A DNA stretch of 63,295 nt, filler included, from Octopus bimaculoides (GCF_001194135.2; 7 parts of 7 records of this genome joined end to end with filler, not necessarily neighbours in it); one strand, 5' to 3'; numbered from the whole stretch's first letter, positions 36,766 through 51,038 are shown. Numbers and translations: made by a program. Notes: generated by a model from the sequence alone, not told the origin.

Positions 36766-37789
36766 TATATAAATGCATGAATGTATATATGTAGCCAAAA
36801 TTAGCTACATACAGAATAAGATTCTCTGTATCGAAGACAGATGTAGTGACACTGAATCATGCAGCTCCTCAAGATGTTAAAAATTAAAGGGTACCAAGCA
36901 TCCTTTCCTGATGCTCTCCACAGATACAAACCAGGTAAACAAGAATTTCTGTTTCCCAAGGATATTCACTTCAATGAAAGGAATTTTGAGAGGGGTGGGA
37001 GCATTGGGGGAGGGGATCTTGTGTCAGATGATGAAAGGTTACAATGTGACAGAGAAACAGGGAGGCAGAAACAGGTGTCTTGCTACAAAGGAGGGGGCAT
37101 TGGAGGAGAAGATGAAAGGTTAGAGTGTGACAGAGAAATAGAGAGACAGAAACAGGTGTCTTGCTATAGAGAAGGTACATGGTTACCTGGTGAGACAGAC
37201 AGAGAAAGGGGGTGAAAGGAAGAGAGAGGGAGATGGAAAAGAGGTCCAAGAAAGAGAACAGAAGCAGGTGTGCTGATGTAAAGGAGATAGTTGGTTACCT
37301 AACCAGAAGAAAGAACAAATGAAAGAGAGAGAGAGTGGGAAACAGCAAAAGTGCCAGGGTATAATCACAAGTAACAAGGATCAGAGCATAGATGTGATGG
37401 TAGAGAGATAAATGGTGGCAATTGTCAGGATATGCCCTCAATGTATGGAGGTCATAATATACATGGTCAGGTATACATGGAGGTTATAATATACATGGCC
37501 AAGAAGGCGCGAGTAGGGAGTGGAGATTGCAGTGACTAGCGAAAACCTGGGTAGAAAAATGATGACGGGGAAAGCAGTGATACAGTGAACAGGGCAGTGA
37601 GGGCAGGAAGGGGATTGGAAGACAATCATAGTTTATGAAGAGGAAATGTGAGGAAAAGAAAGATGCAGTTTAGAAAAGATGTAAGTTGGTTTCTTGGGGT
37701 AGGGTGAGTGAAAAGTTTATTGTTACATGCAAGTAGGACACAACACTTCTAAAACTCAGTTTTGCTGATGTGGTGGTGGTGGTGGTGTG

Positions 37790-38990
37790 GTCTTCTCTAG
37801 AACCTCAAATCCCCAAACATCAATGGTCCATTGTTCCTCTATGATCCCTAACATCCTGAGATCAATCCTCACCACTTCATCCCATATCTTCCTCAGTCTC
37901 CTTCTTCCACAGGTACCATCCACTTTCAGTATACAGCTGTCTTTACTCATATGCATCACATGTCCAAACAAATGCATTCTCCTCTCTTGCATGCCATATT
38001 TAATTTCTCTCAACACAATTGTGCTTTGTTGGTTATGGACACTGATATTGCAAATCCAACAGAGCATACTAACTTCATTCTACACATGTCCCCTGCATTC
38101 AAAGCCCATGCCTCATTATAATCTACCTCTCACTCTGAGAGAGAGTCCTTTTGTTGCCAACAGAAGTAGAAGCTCTCTGAAGTTCCTCCATCCAATGCTT
38201 ATTCTACTTTCAGAGCATCCACCACTGTTACTAATTTGGTCCCCTAAGTAGCAGAAACTATCTATTACCTCAAGAGAGCCTTCTGGACATTTGAGAGAGT
38301 CTATGTCCCACATGTTCTTAGTGCTTATTGTTCCTGGACATCTTCCACACACACGAAAGTGATCTTATCTATATGCGATTCCACTGCATCTCTTATGCGT
38401 CCATAGCTTACACTGGGTGCAGCAAATGGAATTACTTCCCACTCCTTTCCTACTTATTGAGCAGGGCTACTTACCTGATGGAAAGAGAGTCTTGTCTGCT
38501 TTCTTGCTAACAACAACTTTAGTGATTGCTAGGTTAACGTTGAGGATTTTGATTTCAGGTTTTGTTTCCAAACCTGGAACTTCTCCAATTCTGCTTTAAA
38601 TTCTGCAATAAGAACAAGGTTGTCAGCATAATGCAGTTCCCATGGACATCCAGTTTTGAATTCCACTGTTATGGCCTGGAGAACTATGATGAATAAGAGT
38701 GGACTAAGACTGATCCCTGGTGAACTCCAACTTGCATGCTAAATTCATCACTATATTTAAAGCCAACTATCACCTTACTGATAGCATCACTGTACATGGC
38801 TTGTATGGCTCTAACAAACTATTCTTCTACCTTTAGCTTCCTTAGAGACCACCAGATAAGAGAGTGGGGAACCTTGTCAAAAGCCTTCTCCAGGTCGATG
38901 AAAGCTAAATACAATGGTTTACTTTTGGCCAAATACTTTTCTTGCAACTGTCTAACTAGGAAGATGGCAGTCTTTTTTCTCATTCCTGGT
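37790..38990 (-). mobile_element. Older RTE LINE RT fragment
   Basis: LEVIDSFCYLGDQISNSGGCSE...KGLSLRVRGRL; QEKYLAK...F.DLEKAFD. Confidence 0.85.
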
Positions 38991-39349
38991 AGAGGCTATA
39001 TAAATAACTTTTAAAATATGTGTGAGTCACTGCCATTATAGATAACAGAGGCTCATCATTGATTTAATAAAATAGTAAATGAAGAAATCTTCAATAATAA
39101 ATGAAGAAGTTTTTAATGTTTTAACCTCAATAAAATATTAAAACAATTCATGTAAAACTTTTCTTCATATCTAACACTTTTTAGGTCAAGTCCTTCAAAA
39201 CATTTTCAAGAGAGGTTTAATTGCTCTTTTTATACAAGTCTATAGCAAATATATAGATTGTATGCTATATTGATACATTTTCATCTTATTTCTTTTAAAA
39301 TGCAGACATTTCTGACATCGCTTACACACACACACACACACATACATAT

Positions 39350-39620
39350 GAGGTTGAGCTGGTGGAGTCATTAGAGCATAGGATAGAATGCTTTACAATA
39401 TTTGTACCAATGCACTTTGCTCTGAGTTCAAATCTGGTTGTAGTCAACTTTACCTTTCATCTTTTTGGGGTTGATAAAGTACCAATCCAGGATGGTGCAT
39501 TGGCAGAAATGTAAAGAATATTGGACCAGATGCCTTGTGGTATTTGTTCCAGCTCTTTGTGTTTTTGAATTTAAATCCTGTCATGTCCTACTTGAGTGGT
39601 AGAATTAATCCATCAACCAG
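39350..39620 (+). mobile_element. SINE family B (degraded)
   Basis: gagctggtggagtcattagagc...ctgagttcaaatc...cctttcatctttttggggttgataaagtacc. Confidence 0.65.
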
Positions 39621-39824
39621 TTTAACATTACCACCTGGCACTGAAGACACCCTGAGTAGAGTTCACTTTTTCTGTGAACATTTGGACCAGGTTCCCAGTG
39701 TGAGGGTACCTTCTTCCCCATAATTTCAGACACTCTGTAAAGGTAGAGGGGCACTGCCTTCATTCCTAACTATAAGATGAATATATACAAGCACACACAC
39801 ACATACATACATGTATCAACAAAT

Positions 39825-39960
39825 TTACACAAAAATCTACAAATACTAAGGTTTTTTTTAAGAAAGAGCAGATGAAACTAATGCAGATTCCCCAAATCCA
39901 ATCTATCAGTGGTACAGTGAAGATTTGCAAGACATTCCAAAGATTCCTCATCTGAGATTC
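39825..39960 (+). mobile_element. R4/Dong LINE extreme 3' remnant
   Basis: QIQSISGTVKICKTFQRFLI*. Confidence 0.7.
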
Positions 39961-41712
39961 TTTAGGTAAACAGAGGTACACACTTGAATGTGTGCATTGA
40001 CAGCTCAACCAACACACCAACTCAACCATATATTCACAAACATCAGGAGCTCTCTTAAATCAAAAAGTCTTGTTGCTTTGTTAGCAACTGGCTTGGACTC
40101 TCTTAAGAACTTAAATAAAACTCATACATGTGTGTTTTCTACCAGTGTATTTTATAGAAAGAAACTAATTTCAGAGAAAAATTAAGAAATTGATGCTTTT
40201 AAATAAAAATATGTTTGTGTATTTTATTGGAGCAGGGGTGCACTGATGCTTCCTTGTTGCTCACACCATTGTAAATGCAATGAACCAAACTTTGGCTCAT
40301 TAAAATGTATAACACGATTTTTGTCCTTGGGTAGCAACTGCTATTTCCTATTTGCTTACTCTAGAACGTATGAAAAATGGCTAACATTTCCTACAAACTT
40401 TGCTTTTGTTATATTTATTCAAGCCCCAAAGAATCCTTCTCAACACATGGCTATGATGCTCCCCCACTACTCCTGCTCATGATCAGAGATGCACATATTG
40501 CTAGCCACTAAAGGACATGCTCAAGTAGTTAAGGTCAAGCAACTGACCAGCAAATCTGTGGTATTGAGCAGAATATTTGCTATAACAATAGTTCTGTTTC
40601 AGACACTAAATCTGTCTGAAATGTAATGGAAAACAGGTCAGTCTCAAAACATTGATGTCCAGGTCGCAAAAGCAAAGTTTGAAGGGAATAGTAGTCATAT
40701 CCTTTGATTTCTAGATAGAAGAAAATCAAATAACACTTATTGACTAAAGACAAATAACAATAATTTTGGTACACAGTGCAATGCAATTGATCACAAAAAT
40801 ATATAAAAAGTAAAAATAAAATTGGCTGAGATGTTACTGCTTTGTATTCTGTCCTTGGCAGTGTGTTATGTTTGTAAACACATGATGTACTGACACCAGC
40901 AAGCTGTGAGTAAATAATGCATGGTGTTCGACCATTTATAGTACTACCCTAACATAACCTTACTTTCATTTCTGTTGCATTGCACTCCAGAATAGACACA
41001 TAAATCAATAACTAATTGTTTAGTTAATAATCAATTTACCATGTTAAGTCTCTTTTAACATATCAGATAATAAATGAAAATCATAACTGATTTACACCTT
41101 TCAGATACAGAACCAAATATTTTCTCTTTTTTTTTTCTTTTTAACTCTTAGCTGTGAGGGTCTGGTATTTAATTTCTAATTATATATATAATTTCTAATA
41201 ATATGATAAGGGATTATATCTTCCCTCAGATAAGATGCTTGTCTCTTGTACAATAGCCACAAATAGCATGGGGATGTTAATTTTGAGCTGAGTTTAGTTG
41301 TTTAAATTATCCCCCACCCCTCCACATCAACACCAATAATTGAGAAGGATTTTGACTTTATTTACACTTCAAGATGAAAGGCAGAAAGAAAATAAAAACG
41401 ACTGCATGACATTTCAACTCAAAGATCTTTTGTGGATGGCAAAAATTTTAAGCATTTGTCCAACTAACAGAAACTAACACATACACCTTGTTCAAGGTGC
41501 CATATAATAAATGTAAAAACTAATTTCTGCATGTCAGTGTGTCACACTTTTACCCCATGGTAAGGGCAGTAACGAAGAGAGAGAAAGAGTGAGTATGTGA
41601 GAGAAAGAGGGAGATGATGTACAGCTTTGTTCAACTGTCTCTTTGATAGAAATTCCTGTTGCCAACATACTGAACATTATCACTTTTGTTTTATTTTTTT
41701 GCTTTCTTTAAT

Positions 41713-41755
<43 letters not shown>

Positions 41756-42603
41756 ATACAAATAATAAATGAGTATATGCATATATACATATATGTATGT
41801 ACATACCTACATCTACATGTATATATAGATGCATATCTTGGTACAGGACGTTGCAAAAAAACATGGACAAAATGATAAACAGAGTACCTGCCCCAATATT
41901 TATAACATGATACTTATCTCTATACCAGTGGGTTTTCTCTTTCTAATTTGGAAATATTGTGCTAATGTTTGTTCATGCAAAAACATGAAAATAAAAGAAA
42001 CCTGACTCTATTTTTCAATGCAAAACATTGAAATTACAGTGTAGACATAGACATATTTCCAAACACATGAACTCACAGGCACACATACACATACACACAG
42101 ACTATCTTCTTTCTTGGCACCTTAAGAAAAAAAAAAATGTTTTTAGTGATGATTGTACCCCATCCTTTTTTCATTATTTTCCCCATCCTAAAAGAGGTCA
42201 CTATCCTTGAACTTATGTCTGTAAAAAAACTAACTAAATAAATAAATGGTAAAAAACATTCCAAATTGAAAAGAAATCCCCCCCCTCTCTCTACCTGTCT
42301 GTCTGTCCATCCATCCATCCATCTATCTCCATTGTCCTGGAACCTCACTCAAAGAAACAAAAACAATGTTCTCTTCTAAACAAAACAAAAAAAAACACCT
42401 GTCTGCACATTCACAATTTTATTTGACAAGTTTGAAGATGAAGGAAATCACTAATAATAATGACTAAATAAAAAATTCTTTTTCCAAAATTCTGACAACC
42501 TCCTCTTTTCTCAATATTCATTATCTGTACAGCACTTCTAACACTTTATACATACATATATACATACACACACACATATATATATATATAAAATACACTT
42601 TAA

Positions 42604-42898
42604 TCTATATATATAAAAATGAGAATGTGTGTCTGTCTGTCTGTCTGTGTGTGTGTATATCCCTAAAACTCGAGAACTACGCAACCAATTTCATTCAAAT
42701 TTTACACATGCCTTACTTAGGGTTCCAGTTGTGTTTTAGCCAAAAAAATATTTTACCATCTTGCAGAGTTCGAGCCCACGGCAACATAATATCTCCTCCA
42801 CTATTTAAGTATTACGTGTCAAAAGTGAAGCAAAAACATTCATGTCAAATACTTCCACTTTAAAAATGAAACTATCCCACTAACTGGAACAATCACAT

Positions 42899-42900
<2 letters not shown>
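42604..42900 (+). mobile_element. Non-autonomous Helitron 5' end
   Basis: A|TCTATATATATAAAAAT start followed by a (GTCT)n/(GT)n tract; 3' CTAG end not seen (gap follows). Confidence 0.55.
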
Positions 42901-42959
<59 letters not shown>

Positions 42960-43063
42960 TGAANNNNNNNNNNNNNNNNNNNNNNNNNNNNNNNNNNNNN
43001 NNNNNNNTTAATTAATTAANNNNNNNNNNNNNNNNNNNNNNNNNNNNNNNNNNNNNNNNNNNN

Positions 43064-43890
43064 ACTTTGGTGGATCCTAACCTCTACCCGGAATTCTTCA
43101 CTGTACTCGTCGCCAACCCTCACCTTACTGACAGCGTCCCTGTACATGGCTTGCACAGTTCTCACTAACCACTCATCTATCCCTAGTTTCCTCATTGACC
43201 ACCAGATAAGGGAGCGGGGGACCCTGTCAATGGCTTTCTCCATGTCAACGAAAGTCAGGTACAGAGGTTTATCTTTGGCTAGGTATTTCTCCTGCAGCTG
43301 TCTTACCAGAAATATAGCATCAGTGGTGCTTTTTCCTGGAACGAATCCAAACTGCATCTCATCTAAACTGACTCTCTCCCTAATTTGTTGGGCTATGACC
43401 CTCTCCGTGACCTTCATTACCTAGTCCAACAACTTCATACCTCTGTAATTGTTTGTGTCTAGAGCATCACCTTTACCTTTGTAGCAGTTGACTATGGTGC
43501 TGCCACACCTGTCATTGGGTATGACTCCTTCGTGTATCACCTGATTAACTATACGGGTGACTAGGCTATAGCCGACACTGCCAGATATTTTGAGCATCTC
43601 TACAGTGATTCCTGATGGGCCTAGGAGCTTTCCCTGTCTTCATACTCTTGATCACTTTATCTACCAAGGTACTGTCAATTAGGATAGCTGGTCCCTCTGT
43701 TGGGTCAACATGCGGCAGACTCTCTTCCACCCATTCATTCTCTTTATTAAGCAGCCTTTCATAGTGGTGTCTCCAGACCTCTCTCTTTGCAGCCTTGTTT
43801 AATGCAAGTGAGCCATCATCCAAGCGGACACATTTCTCTCCTACGACATCACGATTCTCTCTCACACACTGTCTTGCAGCACGAAATACT
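43064..43890 (-). mobile_element. Young RTE LINE RT fragment
   Basis: MKVTERVIAQQIRERVSLDEMQFGFVPGKSTTDAIFLVRQLQEKYLAKDKPLYLTFVDMEKAIDRVPR. Confidence 0.95.
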
Positions 43891-44779
43891 TGAAGTATAT
43901 ATATAATATATANNNNNNNNNNNNNNNNNNNNNNNNNNNNNNNNNNNNNNNNNNNNNNNNNNNNNNNNNNNNNNNNNNNNNNNNNNNNNNNNNNNNNNNN
44001 NNNNNNNNNNNNNNNNNNNNNNNNNNNNNNNNNNNNNNNNNNNNNNNNNNNNNNNNNNNNNNNNNNNNNNNNNNNNNNNNNNNNNNNNNNNNNNNNNNNN
44101 NNNNNNNNNNNNNNNNNNNNNNNNNNNNNNNNNNNNNNNNNNNNNNNNNNNNNNNNNNNNNNNNNNNNNNNNNNNNNNNNNNNNNNNNNNNNNNNNNNNN
44201 NNNNNNNNNNNNNNNNNNNNNNNNNNNNNNNNNNNNNNNNNNNNNNNNNNNNNNNNNNNNNNNNNNNNNNNNNNNNNNNNNNNNNNNNNNNNNNNNNNNN
44301 NNNNNNNNNNNNNNNNNNNNNNNNNNNNNNNNNNNNNNNNNNNNNNNACATCTCTGCTTCTTCAGGGTCTTTTCTGTTGCTGTCACAAATTGTGAAATTT
44401 CATAATTAAATCAAAATTTTCAAATTTGATATATTGAAATAATTTTCCATGTTAAATCCAGTTTTGTTATTTATTTGTTCCAGAAAAATTGCAGTAAAAT
44501 GTTACAAAGTTTTAAAGTTTAATCAATTTTATCTAATAAGAAAAGAGGATTTGGAAGCTGACATTTTCTGTGATGTCTATCACAAAATGAAATCAAAACC
44601 ATTACAAGGAGGAATTTTTATTAAATGAAATTGCAAAAACCTATCCTGATCAAGAGGCCTATCTGTTGGGGAAGGCGTTGTCTGACATGGAATAAATGAA
44701 GATTTATATAAGACATTCTATTGTAAAAATTGCCCAGCAGTGATGGGCTATTCAGCTGGTGTATACTAAAATTAAAACT

Positions 44780-46520
44780 TGAAGACAAAACTGAACCACT
44801 TAGGCCTTGTGAACCTTAGATATACTTAAAGGACCATAAATTTAACTTTGGAGATAACCCATCTGTCTGACTTATTTGCCTTACTAGATTGGATAGAGGA
44901 TGCTTCAGTAAAGCACTGTTAATCTCATCAAGTGAGGTCATACGCTGGTTTCCTTCCATAGAATGTAAAAGTAATTACTTGTTTTTACAATTTGATATTA
45001 ATTCCTATTACTCTAGTATATCTCTCATACTCTTAAACAAGGCACTAATATTTGTGAGAGTTTTTTCTCTATCTAAGGATTTTTTGCAAAAACATGATGT
45101 GTTGTAAGATATTTGATATGACGGGTAACTTTGCAAGTATAATTTTGCCACCATGTCAGAAAATATGGCATACATACAATGATCATAATGTAACTTTTAT
45201 CAAATTTGTTGATGCTTATACCAGATGGTGAAAAGAATACTAATTTTCAAAAGAAAAACATTAGCAGCATCAGTTGTGGCGTGCAAGAGAGACGATTGCG
45301 CTGGTATGGACATGTGGTGAGAATGGATGAGGATAGCTGCGTGAAAAAGTGCCACACCCTAACAGTTGAGGGAACCCGTGGAAGAGGTAGGCCCAGGAAG
45401 ACCTGGGCTGAGGTGGTGAGGCAAGACCTTCGTACATTGGGCCTNNNNNNNNNNNNNNNNNNNNNNNNNNNNNNNNNNNNNNNNNNNNNNNNNNNNNNNN
45501 NNNNNNNNNNNNNNNNNNNNNNNNNNNNNNNNNNNNNNNNNNNNNNNNNNNNNNNNNNNNNNNNNNNNNNNNNNNNNNNNNNNNNNNNNNNNNNNNNNNN
45601 NNNNNNNNNNNNNNNNNNNNNNNNNNNNNNNNNNNNNNNNNNNNNNNNNNNNNNNNNNNNNNNNNNNNNNNNNNNNNNNNNNNNNNNNNNNNNNNNNNNN
45701 NNNNNCGGGTGGCACATAAAAGACACCATTTCGAGTGTGGCCGTTTTCGTGCGGGTGACACGTAAAAGCACCCACTACACTCTCTGAGTGGTTGGCGTTA
45801 GGAAGGGCATCCAGCTGTAGAAACTCTGCCAAATCAGACTGGAGCCTGGTGTTGCCATCCGGTTTCACCAGTCCTCAGTCAAATCGTCCAACCCATGCTA
45901 GCATGGAAAGCGGACGTTAAACGATGATGATGATGATGATGATGATGAACTTACGGATGCAAGTGCTACCAGTTCAAAGCTCTGTATAAGCAACAACAAC
46001 AACAATAGTAATAAGGATAATAATAATATTAATGATTCTAATGGGAGTAATAAAAATAATAATAATTATAATAATGTTAATAGTGGTGGCACAGTAAGTA
46101 GTAACTCAAAGGGTTTGCTTAATTACATAAATTCTACCAGAAACATAATTGCCTCTAACATAGGTATAAATATACTAGATATTCATTGCTACCTTTATTC
46201 TATTAATAATGAATATACTTTACCTAATATAAACAAAAACCATGAGTTACTGAAGTTACAAAATTTGGGCTACTGAAATAGATTACATAATAATGACATA
46301 GCCTGGTATAATCCTCTTTTTAATACCACAGTAACTACTGGTATCTTTACTAAGCTGTTCTACATATTAGAAAAAAACTTCCCTCCTTCTAGCTGATACC
46401 ACCATATATTCTATAAAAGAAAAATTAGTGTTTTGTACTATACCCTGCCTAATCTAGGGACTGTAATGGCAGATTTAAATGAAAATATTGATAAGCCATT
46501 CCAGCCTTGAAGTAGTAGCA
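44780..46520 (+). mobile_element. Decayed Penelope-like element (tentatively Naiad-type) interrupted by an RTE 3' end
   Basis: VIRWF..I..K..LFLQFDINSYYSSISLILLNKALIF (44930-45060); DIAWYNPLFNTTVTT...EKNFPP..YHHIF (46295-46450). Confidence 0.7.
45258..45947 (+). mobile_element. 5'-truncated RTE LINE 3' end with (GAT)n tail
   Basis: ISCGVQERRLRWYGHVVRMDEDSCVKKC; UTR nearly identical to 36130-36380. Confidence 0.9.
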
Positions 46521-47811
46521 ATCTCAAATTGCTCACACTTGGATGCACCTACTAGCAATGGCTACCATTCAAATACAGCTGATTTGAAGTACAGATGCCA
46601 CAAGCTTGACATTGAGATACCACCTGCAGCAGGGCTGAATAACAGCTGCAAAATGTAGAAGATCCTTTAAGCATATGGCATTTCAAAAGAATTAGTTCTT
46701 GCCATTGCAAAGACCTCTGAGCTGTAGTAATAGTAGTAATAATAATATTAATAATAATAATGCTAATGATAACAATTGTGACACTAATGATGATAACAAC
46801 CTCAACAACAACAACATTAATAATAACAACAGCTATAACATGAGTAGTAATGGAATGGCTCCAAAAATACGCAATTGTGAGGACCGAACTAACTGACCAC
46901 TTAAAAGGGCCTGTCTCCCTAAAAATATTGTCAATAAATGTAGTATAAAAACCAATACTAATACCTTTACCTAAATAATCAGTACATCATGTGAATTCAA
47001 AGTGAGATTGAATAATCATCTCTCCTCCTTTAAATACTGTCATAAGGCTACTAGCACATATCTGGCCAAAAAAGTTTGGGAATTGAAGGACAGTAATGCC
47101 CACTATATTCTAATAATAGGTACAACTGTAGATTATGCTGCACTGAGCTGCATCAGGGGAATGTACTGAATAGAAAAGCTGAACTGAAGCTTAATTGCTT
47201 GTACCAGATCAAATATGTATTTGTATACTTTAAAATAATTGTGTCATTCTGCAAATCCCTATTTACATTTCTTTCTAAGGTATTTTAGGTAGTTGGTGAT
47301 AGTCTACAACCCTATTCCCTAGATTCTATATTGGCAGTCTTATGTTGGATTTACATCATTCACATAGGTACTAATAACAGCTTACATAAGTATATCAAGC
47401 AATGTAATAGTAATATAATGTATCACCTCACATTTTACCTGTATTCCCCTCATTCTCTTACTATTTTACCATATATTATTATTATTATTTTACTAAATTT
47501 AATATAACTATATTACTCTCTAATTGGATTGTACTGTAAGTTGGATGTGCATATATACATTCGTTTTGTATGTGTATATGGGTATAAGTATATATACATT
47601 CATTTTACAGTTTTTGCGATCCTTTATGTATACTAGCAAGTGATGCAGATGTATGTGAATATGAAGATAAATATACGTATAAATGTATGTGTATGTATAT
47701 ATGTATATGTATGTGTGTGAATGAGTTAGTGTTGGATTTGAGTGTATATACACATAGATTTTTTGTGTGAACATGGGTGTGTATCTATACATGTATGTGT
47801 ATGCATGTGAG

Positions 47812-47890
<79 letters not shown>

Positions 47891-48049
47891 CATACACACG
47901 CATGTGTGTATGTTGTATGTGTGTGTTGTGAGAATGCATGTGTGTTTTTGAGTATATGTGTGTTGCTTGCCCCATTCACTGTTATCTGGTCCTGCCTTCA
48001 CTTTATTTCATATCATCTTTATTGCACCTCATCTTAATTTTATTTACAA

Positions 48050-48830
48050 TCCTTCATTCTCTTGCATATCTTGATGCCACTAAATGATGGCCAAACATTC
48101 TTGTCCCATTGACTAATAGACTTTGAAACCCTTTGATATCCTTTAAGCAGATGAAGGTTTTTACTTTTCTTTTTTCCATTCATTTTTGATGTAGCTAGTC
48201 TCTTCATCTTTAAGTTGCCATATTAAAGCCAAAAGGGTTGTTGTATGTCTCTTATGGTGTCTAAAATTCAAAAGTTGGCTGTTATATCAGGATTTTCCTT
48301 TGACAGACCCAACATAATGTTTAATTTTTGTTCTACATTTGTCAGTTTACTGAAACCTGTGCTTCATCAACAAAGAAGGGTATATTGCATTTCTGCCAGA
48401 GAGGATATTCAAACTTGTCTCTACATGTGCATCTATGGGATGCTTGCATATTGATGTATGTTTTAGCATTAGTGGGAAAAGTAATTTTAATTGCATGTCT
48501 GTTAAAGAGCTTACTGTATCTATCGATTCTTGGATAGTGTAAGAATATTTTACCTACATTTGTCCTTAAGGGAGCAAGGGGAGGGGACAAACTATAAAAC
48601 TTTCCAAGACATATTCCCATGACTTAATGATAGAGGTGGTGGCTGTTTTTTTACTGATAAAACCTTTTACAAACATCCACCGCTTTCTTAAGAATTCCCT
48701 TGGGAATTTTATGACCAACTTTGTCAAAAACCTTTTTGTTTTATATTTGTATTCATTCTTGTTTTTGTTTTGAGAAGCCAACCAGCTTCAAGCAACTTTG
48801 TACAAATCAATTTTTAAGCACTGTTTTCTA
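48050..48830 (-). mobile_element. Decayed Penelope-like element (tentatively Naiad-type), thumb-linker-GIY-YIG
   Basis: PPLAPLRTNVGKIFL...YSKLFNRHAIK...CTCRDKFEYPLWQKC; TTLLALIWQLKD. Confidence 0.7.
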
Positions 48831-49029
48831 AACTTCAGAAAAGTAAGTAAATGGGCATTATCAAGCAGAACCCTCTTTTGACCATCCCATTATTGCCCCA
48901 TTTTTATTCAACACTCCCTAAGTCCTTCCCCTTCCCCCAGGGGGATCATACTGTCCACTTTCAATGTTACATATGTTTCATTACAGTATAGGTAATACAT
49001 TATGAATATAAATATTACTACTGATAATA

Positions 49030-50110
49030 AGGCAGCAAGCTGACAGAGTCATTAAACCATTGGACAGAGTGCTTAGTGGCATTTTGTCTATTTATATGTT
49101 CTGAGTTCAAATTTTGCCTAAGCTGACTTTGCCTTTCATCCTTTCAGGCTTGATGAAATATAAGAGGGTACCCAAAAGTAATCAGAAATGTTCTCTGTGA
49201 GACAAACCCGTTGTAGCTCAGGCTTCCACTGCTAGAAGCCACTTGATGTGACCCTCAGTCTGCTGACCAGTGGTGTCCAGTGTAGTCCTACTGCCATGTG
49301 GTGCATCTTTGCTTTGCACTGCTTCATCAATTTCTGCAATGGCTGAAACAAAGGAACAGTGTGCTTCCATGAAATTCTGTTTTCTGCTGGGGAAAACGGC
49401 AGCTGAAACAGTTGTCATGCTTCAAACAGCTTACAAGGATGCTATCATGAGCAAAACACAAGTTTAAGAGTGGTTTCCATGCTTTAGGAATGGTCACATG
49501 TGACTTGAAGACCAACCTCATTCAGGACAACTGTTGACCTCCTAAACGAATGAAATCATCATGAAAATTCATGAACTGATCTTGGAGGACTGTCACCAAA
49601 CAATTAACGAACTTGTTAATATGACTGATGTGTCCTGAAGCTCCTAATAACGAAATTTGAGCGAGGAATTGTGAATGAAAAGAGCTACAGAAAAATTTGT
49701 GCCTTGCTTGCTCATGGACGATGAAAAGTAATCATGACTAAATGAATGTCGTGAACTAAAAGAACAGCTGGAAGTTGATCCAGAGCTTTTTTGAAGGTCA
49801 TCACTGATGATGAAAGCTGGTTCTATGGAATTTGGGTGAAGAAAAAAATGACGGAGGCATTAAAAAGCATCACTTTGCAAGAGTTTCAGCACTGCTTCGA
49901 ATAGTGAAGTACATGTATGGACCAATGCATTGCTTCAAATGGGGAATACTTTGAAGGCAATAAAAATGTATACATGTTAAACTAAGTGAATAAAATAATA
50001 TAGCAAAATTCCAGTTTCTTTTGGATTCTCCTTCGTTACTAGTTGAGCACTGGGGTCTATGTAATCAGCTTAACCCCACCCCCAAAATTGCTGGCCTTGA
50101 GCCAAAATTT
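49030..50110 (+). mobile_element. SINE family B split by a mariner insertion
   Basis: SINE halves 49030-49160 and 50037-50110 rejoin to the family consensus (gat.aaata|tac.agttgagcactggggtc). Confidence 0.8.
49161..50038 (+). mobile_element. Internally deleted mariner element
   Basis: Imperfect TIRs agagggtacccaaaagtaatcagaa / ttccagtttcttttggattctccttcg flanked by TA; MAETKEQCASMKFCFLLGKTAAETVVMLQTAY; VITDDESWFY joined to C-terminal CIASNGEYFEG. Confidence 0.9.
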
Positions 50111-50221
50111 GAAATCATTATTAATATTTATATTTATATTCATAATGTATTTTCTAAACTGTAATAAAACATATGTAACAAGGAATAAAAAAATGTACTA
50201 AATTTTCAAGTCATTGTTTTA

Positions 50222-51038
50222 ATTCCAGGTGTGGAAGCAAGGTCTGGAATCTAAGGGCCTTAGAGTTAATTTAGCAAAAACCAAAGTCTTAGTAAGTAAG
50301 AAAGCAAACAAATCACAAATCCTTTCAGGTAGATGACCCTGCTCAATATGTAGAAAAAGCATAGGTAAAAACTCCATGTGGTGTACCCAGTGCAAGCTTT
50401 GGACACATAAGAGGTGCAGCAATATCTGAGAAAGGTTAACAGGGAAAATAGTATTTGTGTGTGGAAGATGCACATGTACAATAAACACTAAAAATGTACA
50501 GAAAATAGACTCCATCAAATGCCAGGGGAGATACCTAGAACTAGTTGATAGCTTTTGTTATCTAAGTGACCAAGTCAGCAGTGAAGTGGATGCTCCAAGA
50601 GTGTAGCTGCTAGAATAAGAATTGGTTGGGCAAAGTTCAGAGAGCTTGTACCTTTGTTGGGAGCAAAAGGCCTCTCCCTGGGAGTTAAAGGCAGATTGTA
50701 TGATGCCTGCATGAGAGCAGCCATGTTACACAGCAGTGAAACATGGACTATGATGACAGAGAACGTGTGAAGGCTTGAAAGAAATGAATCTTGTATGCCT
50801 CGCTGGATGTGCTATGTCAGTGTGCATGTATGACTGAGTGTAAGCATCTTGAGAGAAAAATTTGGCATAAGAGGCATCAGATATGGTGTGCAAGAGAGAT
50901 GACTGCGCTGGTATGGAAATGTGGAGTGCATGGACAAGGACAGCTGTATAATGAAGTGTTGATCTCTAAGTGTAAAGGGAACCTGTGGGAGAGGTAGACT
51001 CAGGAAGATATGGGACAAAGTGATGAAGCATGTTCCTC
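50222..51038 (+). mobile_element. RTE LINE RT fragment
   Basis: VWKQGLESKGLRVNLAKTKV...LVDSFCYL...KGLSLGVKGRLYDAC. Confidence 0.88.
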
